Source of the DNA: Alphaproteobacteria bacterium
GTDB lineage: Bacteria; Pseudomonadota; Alphaproteobacteria; M2410
Direction: 5' to 3'
Assembly (NCBI GenBank): GCA_030614785.1
Contig: JAUWTJ010000007.1
Coordinates: 4,649 to 68,648, forward strand
DNA: 64,000 bases
The position numbers were made by a program, and so were the translations under genes. This document shows, piece after piece, positions 28,576-38,335 of this stretch; the first letter of the stretch is position 1, and each line of letters opens with the position of its first letter. A model generated the notes under the pieces. It saw only the letters and a list, made by a program, of their open reading frames with translations. It ran no database searches and had not been told where the DNA came from.

Positions 28576-30192
28576 CTAATATGCCAATGCGAGCCCGTCC
28601 TTGCGGGGCTCCGACGCAGCCGACAGGGTGCCCTTTTCCCAATCGATCAGGATCATCTGTCCGCCGCCAAATGGCATGAGTGTATCGTCAACAGTATGCC
28701 CCATGGCTATGAGCGCCATACGGGTTTCAGGTGAGATCGTATTTTCCACCTGAAGCTTGCCGTCCTGATAGAACGTCCGCGAGCAATCCAGCGCCTCCTG
28801 GGCATCCATGCCGAAGTCGACAAGATTGGTGACCGCATGAGTGTGACCGATGGCCTGATAGTCGCCGCCCATGACACCGAAGGGGCCCACGGCCTTGCCT
28901 GCGTGCGGCCCGTCCCGATGAACCAACATGCCAGGAATGATTGTGTGTTTCGGACGCTTGCCGCCCTCGATGCAATTGGGATGACCCGGCTCGACAACAA
29001 ACCCGGCGCCGCGGTTCTGGAATGTGACCGCCGTTTCCGGCGAAACCAGACCGGAGCCAAATCCGGTGTAGAGCGAATTGATAAACGAAACCGCATTTCT
29101 GTCCTGGTCGACGACACTGAGATAAACCGTATCCTTCTCCAGGTCACCGACTGCACCGGCAACATCTTTCATAGCGACATCCCTTGAGATCCTGGCGGCA
29201 AGACGCGCAGCAGTCGCTTCAGACAACAGGGCCTCGATCGGCACATCCGCAAAATCCGGATCGGCGACATAGGCATCGCGCATTTCGAAAGCCAGCCGCT
29301 GTGCCTCCATCTCAAGATGAATGCGCTGCGGACCGGCGGGATCAAGACCTTCAAGGTCAAATGACTTTAGAATGTTGAGCATGATCAATGCCGTGATGCC
29401 CTGGCCGTTAGGCGGGATTTCGAGCACATCCCAGGGGCCGTATGACGTGCGAATGGGGGTTACATAGCTCGCCTCGGTCGCAGCAAAGTCCTCCATGGTG
29501 TGCTTGCCGCCCAGGCTGGAGAGGAAGGAAACCATGTCCTGCGCCACCGCACCCTCGTAAAATCCGGCACGGCCCTTGAGGGCGACTTGCCCCAGGGTGT
29601 GTCCAAGGGCCGGTGATTTGAAAATCTCGCCAACACGGGGCGCCTTTCCCTCGTTGAGCAAATGGCGCACGCCCTCCGAGCGGCGGCCAATGTGAGACGC
29701 AAGGGCGTTCCACATAAGACCCACGACCGGGGACACCACAAAGCCCTCCTCGGCGTAGCGGATCGCCGGCCCAAGAATATCTGCAAGGCTCATGGTTCCG
29801 TGATCCTCGACCAGTCTCGCCCATGCATCAATGGCACCGGGGATCGTAACGGCGTGCACGTCATTACGGCCAATACTGTGGATGCCATCGCCGAGCAGGC
29901 TTTCAGCGGTCAGAGCCTTTGGTGCCCGGCCTGATCCATTCAGGCCGACAACCTCGCCGGCACCCTTCTTCATACTTCCCGGGGCATAAAGGACAAAACA
30001 ATCGCCGCCAATGCCGGTGGACATCGGCTCGACAACGCAAAGCACTGCCGAGGCGGCCACGGCGGCATCGATGGCATTGCCACCTTTTTTCAGAATTTCA
30101 AGTCCGGCCACCGTGGCCAGCGGCTGTGATGTGGCTATGGCCCCGTGTGCCCCGTGAACCGTCGAGCGGCCCGGTGTGTGAATATCTCTCAT
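28576..30192 (-). CDS. ggt: Gamma-glutamyltransferase family protein
   Basis: GGNAIDAA, EPMSTGIGGD, PPNGQG, D|TVYLSVVD cleavage site, GKRPKHT and GVMGG motifs. Confidence 0.93.
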   Translation of the reverse strand: MRDIHTPGRSTVHGAHGAIATSQPLATVAGLEILKKGGNAIDAAVAASAVLCVVEPMSTGIGGDCFVLYAPGSMKKGAGEVVGLNGSGRAPKALTAESLLGDGIHSIGRNDVHAVTIPGAIDAWARLVEDHGTMSLADILGPAIRYAEEGFVVSPVVGLMWNALASHIGRRSEGVRHLLNEGKAPRVGEIFKSPALGHTLGQVALKGRAGFYEGAVAQDMVSFLSSLGGKHTMEDFAATEASYVTPIRTSYGPWDVLEIPPNGQGITALIMLNILKSFDLEGLDPAGPQRIHLEMEAQRLAFEMRDAYVADPDFADVPIEALLSEATAARLAARISRDVAMKDVAGAVGDLEKDTVYLSVVDQDRNAVSFINSLYTGFGSGLVSPETAVTFQNRGAGFVVEPGHPNCIEGGKRPKHTIIPGMLVHRDGPHAGKAVGPFGVMGGDYQAIGHTHAVTNLVDFGMDAQEALDCSRTFYQDGKLQVENTISPETRMALIAMGHTVDDTLMPFGGGQMILIDWEKGTLSAASEPRKDGLALAY

Positions 30193-30206
30193 GAATTGTG
30201 TCTCTG

Positions 30207-30629
30207 TTACTTGTTGGCGATTGGTTCTTTGTCTATCAATTGTGTCATCAAGGTCCGCAACGCTGCGACATCGCTTTCAAGACGATCCAGTCGTGCGAGC
30301 CCGTCAGCCAGCATGGCGCGGCGCTCGTCGTTGCCAGAATCGCCGCCAGAATCATTGCCAGCCTCACTGGCGCTTGCCACAGGGTTATCGGCGCCGTTTG
30401 TGGAGGTGTCGGGGGTAGAGACACCGCAACGCGCGGCGACCTCGCGCGCATCTACCCGCAAAACGCTGGCAAAGCCTGCGACCATTTCAGCCGTGACAAC
30501 CCTTTGGTCTTTCCAGACAGCGGCAAGCTCCTCAAGGGTCAGACCGGCGGCGGCGGCAAGCGCGTCGTGGGTCTTGCCCGCTTCTGCCAACCTCGCGCGA
30601 AACCAGTCCTGATCAAAAAACAGCGCCAC
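30207..30629 (-). CDS. XRE-like HTH DNA-binding protein with coiled-coil tail
   Basis: MALFFDQDWFRARL..THDALAAAAGL..WKDQR; GTG start after AGGAGG. Confidence 0.7.
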   Translation of the reverse strand: MALFFDQDWFRARLAEAGKTHDALAAAAGLTLEELAAVWKDQRVVTAEMVAGFASVLRVDAREVAARCGVSTPDTSTNGADNPVASASEAGNDSGGDSGNDERRAMLADGLARLDRLESDVAALRTLMTQLIDKEPIANK

Positions 30630-30773
30630 CTGGCCCTCCTGTTTTCCTGCTCTTCACCCCTGCCTCCTCATTCCATGCTCCGCGCAGCATCCACAGACAC
30701 CGGGGTCTTTCATCAGACACACTCATCAGGACTTCCGCAACAGCTGAATTTTCCGCCGCCCTGATCCGGCTAT

Positions 30774-30789
30774 CGGCACGGGACTTGCG
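30774..30789 (+). promoter_or_regulatory. Sigma-54 (-24/-12) promoter
   Basis: CGGCAC-GGGAC-TTGCG upstream of the small ORF at 30844. Confidence 0.55.
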
Positions 30790-30843
30790 ATGAACCTTGT
30801 AAAAGCGGCCTCAAGCCGCAGGGTAAGTGGGAAAGTGCATAAA

Positions 30844-31053
30844 ATGACCGAGATTCGTTCTATTTTGGGACGCTTCGGACGGCTCTTCGGGATCGGTGGC
30901 AGCGCTGCATCCTATAACGACCTCATCGATGTTTCGTTGCGTGAGGAGGCTGCCGAAAGTGACCGGAAGGACCTTGAAAAACCAGACCGACGCCTGGCCT
31001 GGCTGGCGTTGGAAATTCTCCTTGTGACCGTTCTTGTGTTCTTCTGGCTGTGA
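30844..31053 (+). CDS. Small protein with C-terminal TM anchor
   Basis: 69-aa ORF ending LAWLALEILLVTVLVFFWL. Confidence 0.55.
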   Translation: MTEIRSILGRFGRLFGIGGSAASYNDLIDVSLREEAAESDRKDLEKPDRRLAWLALEILLVTVLVFFWL

Positions 31054-31217
31054 AGTCCTGTTGCGACCTGCCGATTCCTGCGTTTTGACCACACCCCCTG
31101 ATCATGGTTTCTGGTGCGACCGATCCTGCTCTGTTATAGAACGGGTGGTCTGTGCGCCGCTCTATCTTGCTGCACGACCTGATTATCGATCCTGATGTGC
31201 GCCAGAGGCCTGTCTAC

Positions 31218-31895
31218 ATGCTCAATCTCGCCCTTATTGCTCATTGTCCGAAAACCGGAAATATTGGCGGTCTGGCCTATGCGGATCGCCGGGCGATTGG
31301 CTCGAGGTTACTGCGCGTGCATCATGGTGAGGGTGTTGCGGCCTGTCTGGGAGTGGCTAACCCGCTTCATTTCGACTGGTGCTTCGCGGCGCTGCAGAGG
31401 AATATCACGCCGGAGGAGGCGCTCATTACGTCGCGTCTGAAAGATCCTGAGGCGCAATACCGCCAGCTCCTGCTAATAGATCGGGAAGGGATTCCTGCCA
31501 TACGGACCGGCAAGAAAGTGCCGGCTCAGTCGGATCAGATCGCCGGGCCTCACTTTGCTGCCGGAGGCACAGGCCTCAGACATGCCAACACAGTGACGGC
31601 TCTGGCTGACGGATTTCTTGAAACCGAAGCAACCGACCTGCCGCTGGAGAACCGCCTGCTTGGTGCACTTGAAGCCGTTGAGCTGCACGGTGTTACATTG
31701 AAGAGTGAGCCTCAGTCGGCCTCTATCATTGTTTATGGCCAGGAGAGCTATCCGCTGGTTGATTTGCGCGTTGATTGTTCGGACCGCCCGATCCCGGAGC
31801 TGCGACGTCTCGTTGACCGCTTCCATGACGAGGTGCGCCGCCGCGGCATCCTGTTCCCGTCGAAATCTGATTTCGGAGCAACCGATGCGGTCTAA
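31218..31895 (+). CDS. DUF1028 family protein, degenerate (no N-terminal Thr)
   Basis: IAHCPKTG, DPEAQYRQLLLID, RTG, RLLGALEA and LVDLRVD..PIPELRRL motifs. Confidence 0.8.
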   Translation: MLNLALIAHCPKTGNIGGLAYADRRAIGSRLLRVHHGEGVAACLGVANPLHFDWCFAALQRNITPEEALITSRLKDPEAQYRQLLLIDREGIPAIRTGKKVPAQSDQIAGPHFAAGGTGLRHANTVTALADGFLETEATDLPLENRLLGALEAVELHGVTLKSEPQSASIIVYGQESYPLVDLRVDCSDRPIPELRRLVDRFHDEVRRRGILFPSKSDFGATDAV

Positions 31896-32760
31896 ACCAA
31901 AAATCCGCAGACCCGGACCCAAAAACCGCAAGGATGAGCCTGGCGGGTTTGGCACCTATTCGATCTGTGCGCGCTGTGAGGTGACGGGTGCCTTCGGCTT
32001 TGCGACCCTTTCAGACACGATGGCCGCCGGGGCCTACATCGGCCTGGTGCGGCACGGGACAGCTGCCGTGGCATCCCAGGGCGCCCCGAATCCCTATCTC
32101 AAATTCTGGCTGGTGGGGGCCTTGCGCGCCGGCAAGCCGCTTGATGTTGCGCTCAAGGAAACCCTGAAGCGGGATCCAGGCGCAAAGGATCGCCAGCTTG
32201 TTGCGGTGGACGCCACAGGCAAATCAGCCGGACATACCGGTCTGTACAATATCCCCTGGTGCGGACATGTGCTCGGCGACGGGTTTGCAATTGCGGGAAA
32301 CCATCTTGAAGTCGAAACCGTTGTCCAGTCCATGGCTGCGGTATGGAAAAAGAGTGGTGGACAGAATATTCCGCTGGCAGAGCGCCTGTTGATGACACTT
32401 GAACGCGGCAAGGCAGCGGGCGGCGATACACGCGGTGAACGTGCTGCGGCTCTCATGGTGAGCGGACCGAATGGCTATCACACACTTGACCTTCGGATAG
32501 ATGATCACCGGGATCCGGTGATGAAATTGCGTCAGCTTTTCGACGACTACATGGCCGACGACATCAAAGTGGATGCCTTTCTGCCAACCCGCGATGCGCC
32601 AGGAGGGCGCATTCCTTCCCAGGCGGATGAAGCGCTCCTCTTTGTGGGTCGCCATTGGCGTCAACTAAGGCGCAGGCTCGGACTGGTTCGCAAGGCCATA
32701 CCATCCGAATCCGAACCGGCAGACACATTGCCATCGGGCGATGCGGCTGCAGCCGACTAA
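31885..32760 (+). CDS. DUF1028 family protein (Ntn-hydrolase-like)
   Basis: TYSICARC, RQLVAVD, HTG, IAGN, GGDTRG and LDLRIDDH.DP motifs. Confidence 0.87.
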   Translation: MRSKPKIRRPGPKNRKDEPGGFGTYSICARCEVTGAFGFATLSDTMAAGAYIGLVRHGTAAVASQGAPNPYLKFWLVGALRAGKPLDVALKETLKRDPGAKDRQLVAVDATGKSAGHTGLYNIPWCGHVLGDGFAIAGNHLEVETVVQSMAAVWKKSGGQNIPLAERLLMTLERGKAAGGDTRGERAAALMVSGPNGYHTLDLRIDDHRDPVMKLRQLFDDYMADDIKVDAFLPTRDAPGGRIPSQADEALLFVGRHWRQLRRRLGLVRKAIPSESEPADTLPSGDAAAAD

Positions 32761-32783
32761 CACGACAGGATCGAGCGACTTTC

Positions 32784-34157
32784 ATGACTCTTGACATCTA
32801 CCTTGGCATATCCCTCACACCTCGTGATGTGCGATGCATCGTTGTCAATCTTCAGGGCGAGACGCTGGCCACATCCATTGCCACCCTGAACACCGACGAA
32901 AGCCGCGATCCTGACGCCTGGTGGCTGGCCCTGAAGACAGCTCTGCGCGAGCTTGCCAGCGGCGGCATTGACCTTTTGACCGTCAGAGCCATCGGCCTTG
33001 CGGGCACGCCCTACGGGGCTGTGTTTCTGGATGACAGCGGCGCCGCTATCACGCCCGCCATTGTCGCGGGCGATCAGGAGGCAGGGACTTACTGCGCCTA
33101 TCTGGAATCGACCGCCCGGCGCTCGCGAGCCATTAACGGCAATCTGGCCAAACCCGACATGCTTGGCGTTGCCCTTGTCCATCTTCGCGAGGAAGCGCCA
33201 GAGACCTTCAAGCGGCTTGCCACGGTGCTGGCACCAAAGGACTATCTCCTGTGGCGTCTTACGGGCCAGAGGGCGACCGACCCGTCGACGGCATCGACAA
33301 GCCTGCTTTATGCTCCGCTTGAAAAGGCGTGGGCACCGCGCTTACTCAAACCGCTTGGTCTGCAAACGGACAAACTGCCGAAGCTTGTTTCTTCTGATAC
33401 TTCAGTCGGCCCTCTGCTCGACGCTGCAGCGAGCGAGACAGGGCTGGCGGTGGCGCCTGTTGTCGCGGGAGCCTCGGACCTTGCGGCGATGTGTGTTTGC
33501 CTCGGGCTGGAGCATGCGGGAGAAAATCTCCTTGTGCTGGGGGAGCGGACAAACCTTGTAAGATTGAGCACGACTTTTTTGCCAGATCCCTTTCGGCATA
33601 TCGATATGCGCGCCTCGACCAAAGATGGTGTCTTTTTCCATCTGGCAGATACAGGCCCCGCCGCAGATTTTGACGCCTGGGCACATTCCCTTGAAACCAG
33701 CGCTCACGATGACGCGCCAGAGACGGATCTCTATTTCCTACCGCATCTGGGACATGGTGCGGCCCTTGCCGGACTTTCACCCCGGGCAACGCCTCAAGAT
33801 ATCGCGCGCGCCGTGCTGCATGGTGCGGCGTTTGAAATTGCGGAGAGCCTTGCTGCGATGAACGACCTGTTTGCCACCGACGAGCCGCTTCAGTTCCTCG
33901 CGTCACCCTCCCTCGGGCGCGCCTGGGGGCCGTTCCTGGCATCAGCCACCGACACGGCGCTTGAGTTTCATGAAGACGATGGCTTCACTATCGCACGCGG
34001 TGCGGCGGGCCTTGCCCGAAAAAACCAGGCCGGCAATAACCAGGAAAAACCGGAACCGGCCGAGTGCTTTTTGCCACAACCGGATCTAAAGGCGCGGTTC
34101 GATCTGGTCCGACCAAAGCTTGCCGGACTGAAGTCACGCCTGACCCACTCCGGCTAG
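32784..34157 (+). CDS. FGGY-family carbohydrate kinase, xylulokinase-like, degenerate
   Basis: PDAWW, AIGLAG..YGAVFLD, PKDYLLWRLTG, TDPSTAS, FLPHL and ARAVLHG motifs; several ATP-binding motifs altered. Confidence 0.75.
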   Translation: MTLDIYLGISLTPRDVRCIVVNLQGETLATSIATLNTDESRDPDAWWLALKTALRELASGGIDLLTVRAIGLAGTPYGAVFLDDSGAAITPAIVAGDQEAGTYCAYLESTARRSRAINGNLAKPDMLGVALVHLREEAPETFKRLATVLAPKDYLLWRLTGQRATDPSTASTSLLYAPLEKAWAPRLLKPLGLQTDKLPKLVSSDTSVGPLLDAAASETGLAVAPVVAGASDLAAMCVCLGLEHAGENLLVLGERTNLVRLSTTFLPDPFRHIDMRASTKDGVFFHLADTGPAADFDAWAHSLETSAHDDAPETDLYFLPHLGHGAALAGLSPRATPQDIARAVLHGAAFEIAESLAAMNDLFATDEPLQFLASPSLGRAWGPFLASATDTALEFHEDDGFTIARGAAGLARKNQAGNNQEKPEPAECFLPQPDLKARFDLVRPKLAGLKSRLTHSG

Positions 34158-34172
34158 ACCCAGCCAGGATGC

Positions 34173-34204
34173 AAAAAGGCGCGCAGCGTCAAAGCCGCGC
34201 GCCT
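34173..34204 (-). terminator. Rho-independent terminator
   Basis: GGCGCGC...GCGCGCC stem followed by a T5 run on the minus strand, between convergent genes. Confidence 0.6.
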
Positions 34205-34240
34205 CTCTCAATTAGTAACCAGAGCCCCGGCAATCAGAAG

Positions 34241-34687
34241 TTAGAGCCCGGGAATATTTCCGCCGAAACCGATGTCGCGGCGCGCGACACGGATCGTGAT
34301 GATGAAACCGGCCACAACATCAATCAGCGTCATGACCATAAGCAGGAAAAACGTTGATGTTGTGAAGGATGGTTTGACCACAAAAGCCAACAGGGCGATG
34401 ACAAAGACGCCCATGGAAAGCCCGTGGTTGATAATGGTGCGCTGATCTGATCGGGAAGAGCTGATCATTTCAACAAACAAAAGTGCCAACCCGATCAACA
34501 GGAACAAGTCTCCTCTTGACATTATCCAGTCGACGCCAGACGGCGGCGAAAATTTCATGAAATTTCCGTCAAGGAAAGTCGTCATATTAAACGCGACTTC
34601 CGCCGATCCGAAAATCATACCGCCAGCAAATGCGAAAACTGCATATACCAGCACAACAAGAAACAGGAGTGGAAACATCCCCATCAT
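34241..34687 (-). CDS. Conserved hypothetical 4-TM membrane protein
   Basis: Hydrophobic; LLFVE, TIINHGLS and DVVAGF..TI..ARRD motifs seen in alphaproteobacterial membrane proteins. Confidence 0.75.
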   Translation of the reverse strand: MMGMFPLLFLVVLVYAVFAFAGGMIFGSAEVAFNMTTFLDGNFMKFSPPSGVDWIMSRGDLFLLIGLALLFVEMISSSRSDQRTIINHGLSMGVFVIALLAFVVKPSFTTSTFFLLMVMTLIDVVAGFIITIRVARRDIGFGGNIPGL

Positions 34688-34848
34688 AATATCCTTTTCT
34701 CTGCCTGCAATCAAGGCGCGCCCCCCAGCGGACACGCTAGTGTCTCACTCCAGACTACATGCATCGGGAGGGTCGCGCCAGTGCAACGTTACCAACCGGT
34801 AACGATGAAATTTGTTTTTTATTTCAAGTAGTTATGCTTGTATTGCTA

Positions 34849-35574
34849 CTATTCTTCGGCGACAGGGCCCGGCAAACGCCCGCGGCGTTGCAGCCACATC
34901 ACACCCATGAGGTCCCGGACAGAAACCAGGGCCCGGCCAAGATTGCCATATTTCGATTGTCCATGCAGGCGCGGCCGGTGATTTACTGGCACAAAGTCAA
35001 CCCGATACCCCTCACGCAATATGAGCGCTGCCATATAGCGATGCATGTGATCGAAATAGGGTAACCGCAGAAAAACTTCGCGGGAAAAGACCTTGATACC
35101 GCAGCCGGTGTCAGGCGCTCCGTCGCGGATCAACCACTGGCGAATGTTGTTGCCAAACTTTGAAGCAATCTTCTTGCTGATCGTGTCCTTGCGCTTCTGG
35201 CGGTGTCCCTGCACAAACCGCAGTGCCTGATGAGCCGATGGACTGCGATAGGCGGCGAGGAGCGCTGGAAAGTCTGCCGGATCGTTCTGACCATCGCCGT
35301 CCATGACCGCAACAATTTTGCCGTGCGCGACCAGAACGCCGGTGCGGATGGACGAGCTCTGACCGCAATTCACATCGTGCTTCAGGCACCGAAGCATCGG
35401 GAATTCAGCCCTGGTCTTGACCAGCAGGTCCCAGGTCCCATCCGTGCTCAAATCATCGACGACCAGGATCTCAAAGCTTTCGCCCTGCAGCGCAGCCACG
35501 GTTTCACGGATGAGAGGAATAATATTTTCCTCTTCATTCATCACAGGCACAACAACCGAGATCTCTATGGACAC
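34849..35574 (-). CDS. GT2 polyprenyl-phosphate glycosyltransferase (DPM1/RgtE/ArnC-like)
   Basis: ISVVVPVMNEEEN, VDDLSTD, MDGDGQNDP, DTGCGIK, HMHRY and HRPR..GQSKY motifs. Confidence 0.9.
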   Translation of the reverse strand: MSIEISVVVPVMNEEENIIPLIRETVAALQGESFEILVVDDLSTDGTWDLLVKTRAEFPMLRCLKHDVNCGQSSSIRTGVLVAHGKIVAVMDGDGQNDPADFPALLAAYRSPSAHQALRFVQGHRQKRKDTISKKIASKFGNNIRQWLIRDGAPDTGCGIKVFSREVFLRLPYFDHMHRYMAALILREGYRVDFVPVNHRPRLHGQSKYGNLGRALVSVRDLMGVMWLQRRGRLPGPVAEE

Positions 35575-35874
35575 TAAACTCTCCGCTGGTCGCAGGGTTG
35601 AAACAAGAGTGCGCACAGGAGCCCGAGGCGTCCCGTCCGACAACACACCCCCACAGCCTTTACAAAGTGCTGGCAGCGGCGTCAATACGGGCACCTGCGG
35701 GGACGGGCACTGCGGGGAGTGACGCTCCTGGCCTGCCCCTGGCAGAGTCCGGGGGGATGGCGGTGGCTAAAGACAAATCTCTCCGGCTCCGCTAAGATTG
35801 GCGTCACTTGTAACCAGGGAATTCGGTGCAATTTTCCATAAGTCGCACCGTCAGGGTCTAAAACGGGGAATTCT

Positions 35875-37611
35875 GTGTCAGAGCAGTCAGAGGAAGCAGG
35901 CATCTCCACACCGAGACTCGCGCGCGCCTTCGCCTGGGGCGAATTGCATCCGAGGCGGGCCCTCACGCTTCTTTGTCTGCTGTTTTTCCTGCCAGGCTTC
36001 TTCACTCTGCCGCCGCTTGACCGCGATGAAAGTCGTTTCGCCCAGGCAACGAAGCAGATGGTCGAGACAGGCGACTTTGTCGAGATCCGGTTTCAGGATG
36101 AGGCGCGCAACAAAAAGCCAGTCGGGATTTACTGGCTTCAGGCCCTGCCAGCGTCACTCCTTTCGGGGCCGGACCATAATCGTATCTGGGCTTACCGGCT
36201 GCCATCCCTGCTTGCCGGCATCCTGGCGGTCCTGCTTACCCATGCGATCGGCAGCACCTTGTTTGATCGACGGACCGGGCTCATCGCCGGAGCGCTACTG
36301 GCCTCATCGACACTCTTGGTGGTCGAGTCCGGGATCACCAAAACCGATGCCGCCCTGCTTGCCGCCACGCTGCTGGGGATGTGGTCGCTGGCGCGGCTTT
36401 ACATCGGGCAAGCAAAGGATCAGGCGGCCAATGCGCCGCCGCTTGTTGCTTACAGCTTCTGGATCGCGCTTGGTTGCGGCGTGCTCATCAAGGGGCCGGT
36501 CATCTTTATGACACTGGGCCTTACCCTGCTCACGCTCGGGATTTGGGATCGCTCGCTGGCATGGGCCAAGGCGCTTCGACCCTTGAGAGGGTTTTTGATT
36601 ACATTGGCCATGACGCTGCCGTGGTTCGTTGCTATCTATTATGCAACGGACGGCGCCTTTTATGCCGAAGCGCTTGGCAAGGATTTCGGCGGCAAGCTTG
36701 CCTCGGGACAGGAAAGCCACGGCGCGCCACCGGGTCTTTATCTCGCGCTGGTGTGGCTCACGTTCTGGCCGGCAAGCCTGTTGCTCATTCCCGGCGTCCC
36801 TTGGGCGTTGAGCGAACGCGCCCGTGCGCCGGCGCGCTTCCTTATTGCATGGGCGTTGCCGACCTGGATTGTCATGGAAATAATCCCGACAAAGCTGCCG
36901 CACTATCCTCTGCCTGTGTACCCTGCCCTTGCTCTCATCATCGCCGGGGCACTGGCTGCAGCACTGTCAGACACGAGGGCGGCACTGGCTTTCAAGTCCT
37001 GGGCGGCGAAAATTGGTCTGGCCCTTTGGGTTCTGCCAGCAGGCTTGTTCGCCCTGGCAATCAGCGCGCTTCCGACCCTCTACGGCAACGGGCTCAACCC
37101 CTTTCTTGTGGTGAGCAGCGCCATCGCCGCGGTGCTCCTTGTTTCGGCCTGCATCTTTCATTTGCGCGGTCAGTTGCTGCGGGCAAGCGTTGCCGCCGGC
37201 CTTACCGGCCTGTTTATTTTTACCTTCCTTTTTGAAGCGACAATGGCCGAACTCGGCGACCTGAAGGTGTCACCTCGCCTGCAACACAGTCTTGCTGTGA
37301 ACGGCTATCACGATAGTGAAAAAGTCGGGATTATCGGCTATTCAGAACCCAGTTTCATCTTTCTCAACGGGACGCGGACGCACCTGCTTCGCGTCCAGGA
37401 GGTTGAAGCCTTCTTCGAGAACGGGGGCAAAGTCCTCATCGTTGACGTGCGCCATGAAGAAGCGCTACGAGAAGCGCTGGCCGGTTCGTCTTTTCAGCTT
37501 GAAGCTCGGGATATAATCACCGGCCTGAATTACTCAAAAGGACGCGACATGGCCTTGACGATCTATACTGTTACCAGGCAAGCAGAGAAAATTACAGGCG
37601 AACATGAGTGA
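35875..37611 (+). CDS. ArnT-family (GT83) lipid A glycosyltransferase
   Basis: DRDESRFAQA, RNKKPVGIYWLQ, LIKGP and TKLPHY motifs; multiple TM helices. Confidence 0.9.
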   Translation: MSEQSEEAGISTPRLARAFAWGELHPRRALTLLCLLFFLPGFFTLPPLDRDESRFAQATKQMVETGDFVEIRFQDEARNKKPVGIYWLQALPASLLSGPDHNRIWAYRLPSLLAGILAVLLTHAIGSTLFDRRTGLIAGALLASSTLLVVESGITKTDAALLAATLLGMWSLARLYIGQAKDQAANAPPLVAYSFWIALGCGVLIKGPVIFMTLGLTLLTLGIWDRSLAWAKALRPLRGFLITLAMTLPWFVAIYYATDGAFYAEALGKDFGGKLASGQESHGAPPGLYLALVWLTFWPASLLLIPGVPWALSERARAPARFLIAWALPTWIVMEIIPTKLPHYPLPVYPALALIIAGALAAALSDTRAALAFKSWAAKIGLALWVLPAGLFALAISALPTLYGNGLNPFLVVSSAIAAVLLVSACIFHLRGQLLRASVAAGLTGLFIFTFLFEATMAELGDLKVSPRLQHSLAVNGYHDSEKVGIIGYSEPSFIFLNGTRTHLLRVQEVEAFFENGGKVLIVDVRHEEALREALAGSSFQLEARDIITGLNYSKGRDMALTIYTVTRQAEKITGEHE

Positions 37612-38335
37612 CGTGAATTCCAAGCACACTCCGGCCCCTTTCGGCCTCTTTGGCTCCCCGCGCGGAAACCTGCGTGTCGCGGCTCTTGCGGCGCTGGTGG
37701 CATTCGTCTGCGGCCTCATGGCGATCTATATGGATAAAACCGTCGCGCTGACCATTCGGGAGCTGCTGCCGACGGACATCCGCCGCGGCTTTATCCCGGT
37801 TACGGACCTGGGCAAAGCCGACTATTATATTCTGATCCTTGTGGTCACGTGGCTTGTCGGGCGCATCGCCTTTCTGCGCGCCGCGCCGAGACCTGTGGCA
37901 AAGGCCTGGGCGACGGTTTCACGATCGGCGGGTTTTATCATCTCGTCCCTCGCCTTTTCTGCGGCCCTGGTTCACATCCTTAAGCTCACCGTGGGGCGGG
38001 CGCGTCCGCGGGAGCTGTTCCGCGAGGAGATCTATGCCGCCTTTCCGTTCAGTTTTGACACCAGCCTTTCGTCGTTTCCCTCCGGTCACAGCCAGACGGT
38101 CTGGTCGATCATGGCGGCGCTGATATTTCTTTACCCCCGCGCCTGGCCCCTGTTTGCCGCGTGGGCTACCGTCATTGCCTCAAGCCGCATCATTGTCGGG
38201 TCTCATTTCCCCTCTGATGTGCTGATGGGTTCGTTCATCGCTGCCATGAGCGCGATTTATGTTCGGCAAAAGTGGTTTGCTGACCTTGAGGCGCCAAACT
38301 TCAAACCCTTTCTTGCACGCGGAGAGAATGCCTGA
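37604..38335 (+). CDS. PAP2 phosphatase, LpxE-like (lipid A 1-phosphatase)
   Basis: K..VGRARP, SFPSGH and SRIIVGSHFPSD motifs. Confidence 0.82.
   Translation: MSDVNSKHTPAPFGLFGSPRGNLRVAALAALVAFVCGLMAIYMDKTVALTIRELLPTDIRRGFIPVTDLGKADYYILILVVTWLVGRIAFLRAAPRPVAKAWATVSRSAGFIISSLAFSAALVHILKLTVGRARPRELFREEIYAAFPFSFDTSLSSFPSGHSQTVWSIMAALIFLYPRAWPLFAAWATVIASSRIIVGSHFPSDVLMGSFIAAMSAIYVRQKWFADLEAPNFKPFLARGENA

Noticed and set aside
28240-28734. ORF with LLAK repeats
   Set aside because: It is a translation of the 12-bp DNA repeat and overlaps two better-supported genes.
30690-30740. Hammerhead ribozyme (CTGATGA...GAAA on the minus strand)
   Set aside because: No pairing stem II and no compatible stems I/III; better explained by a short local duplication.
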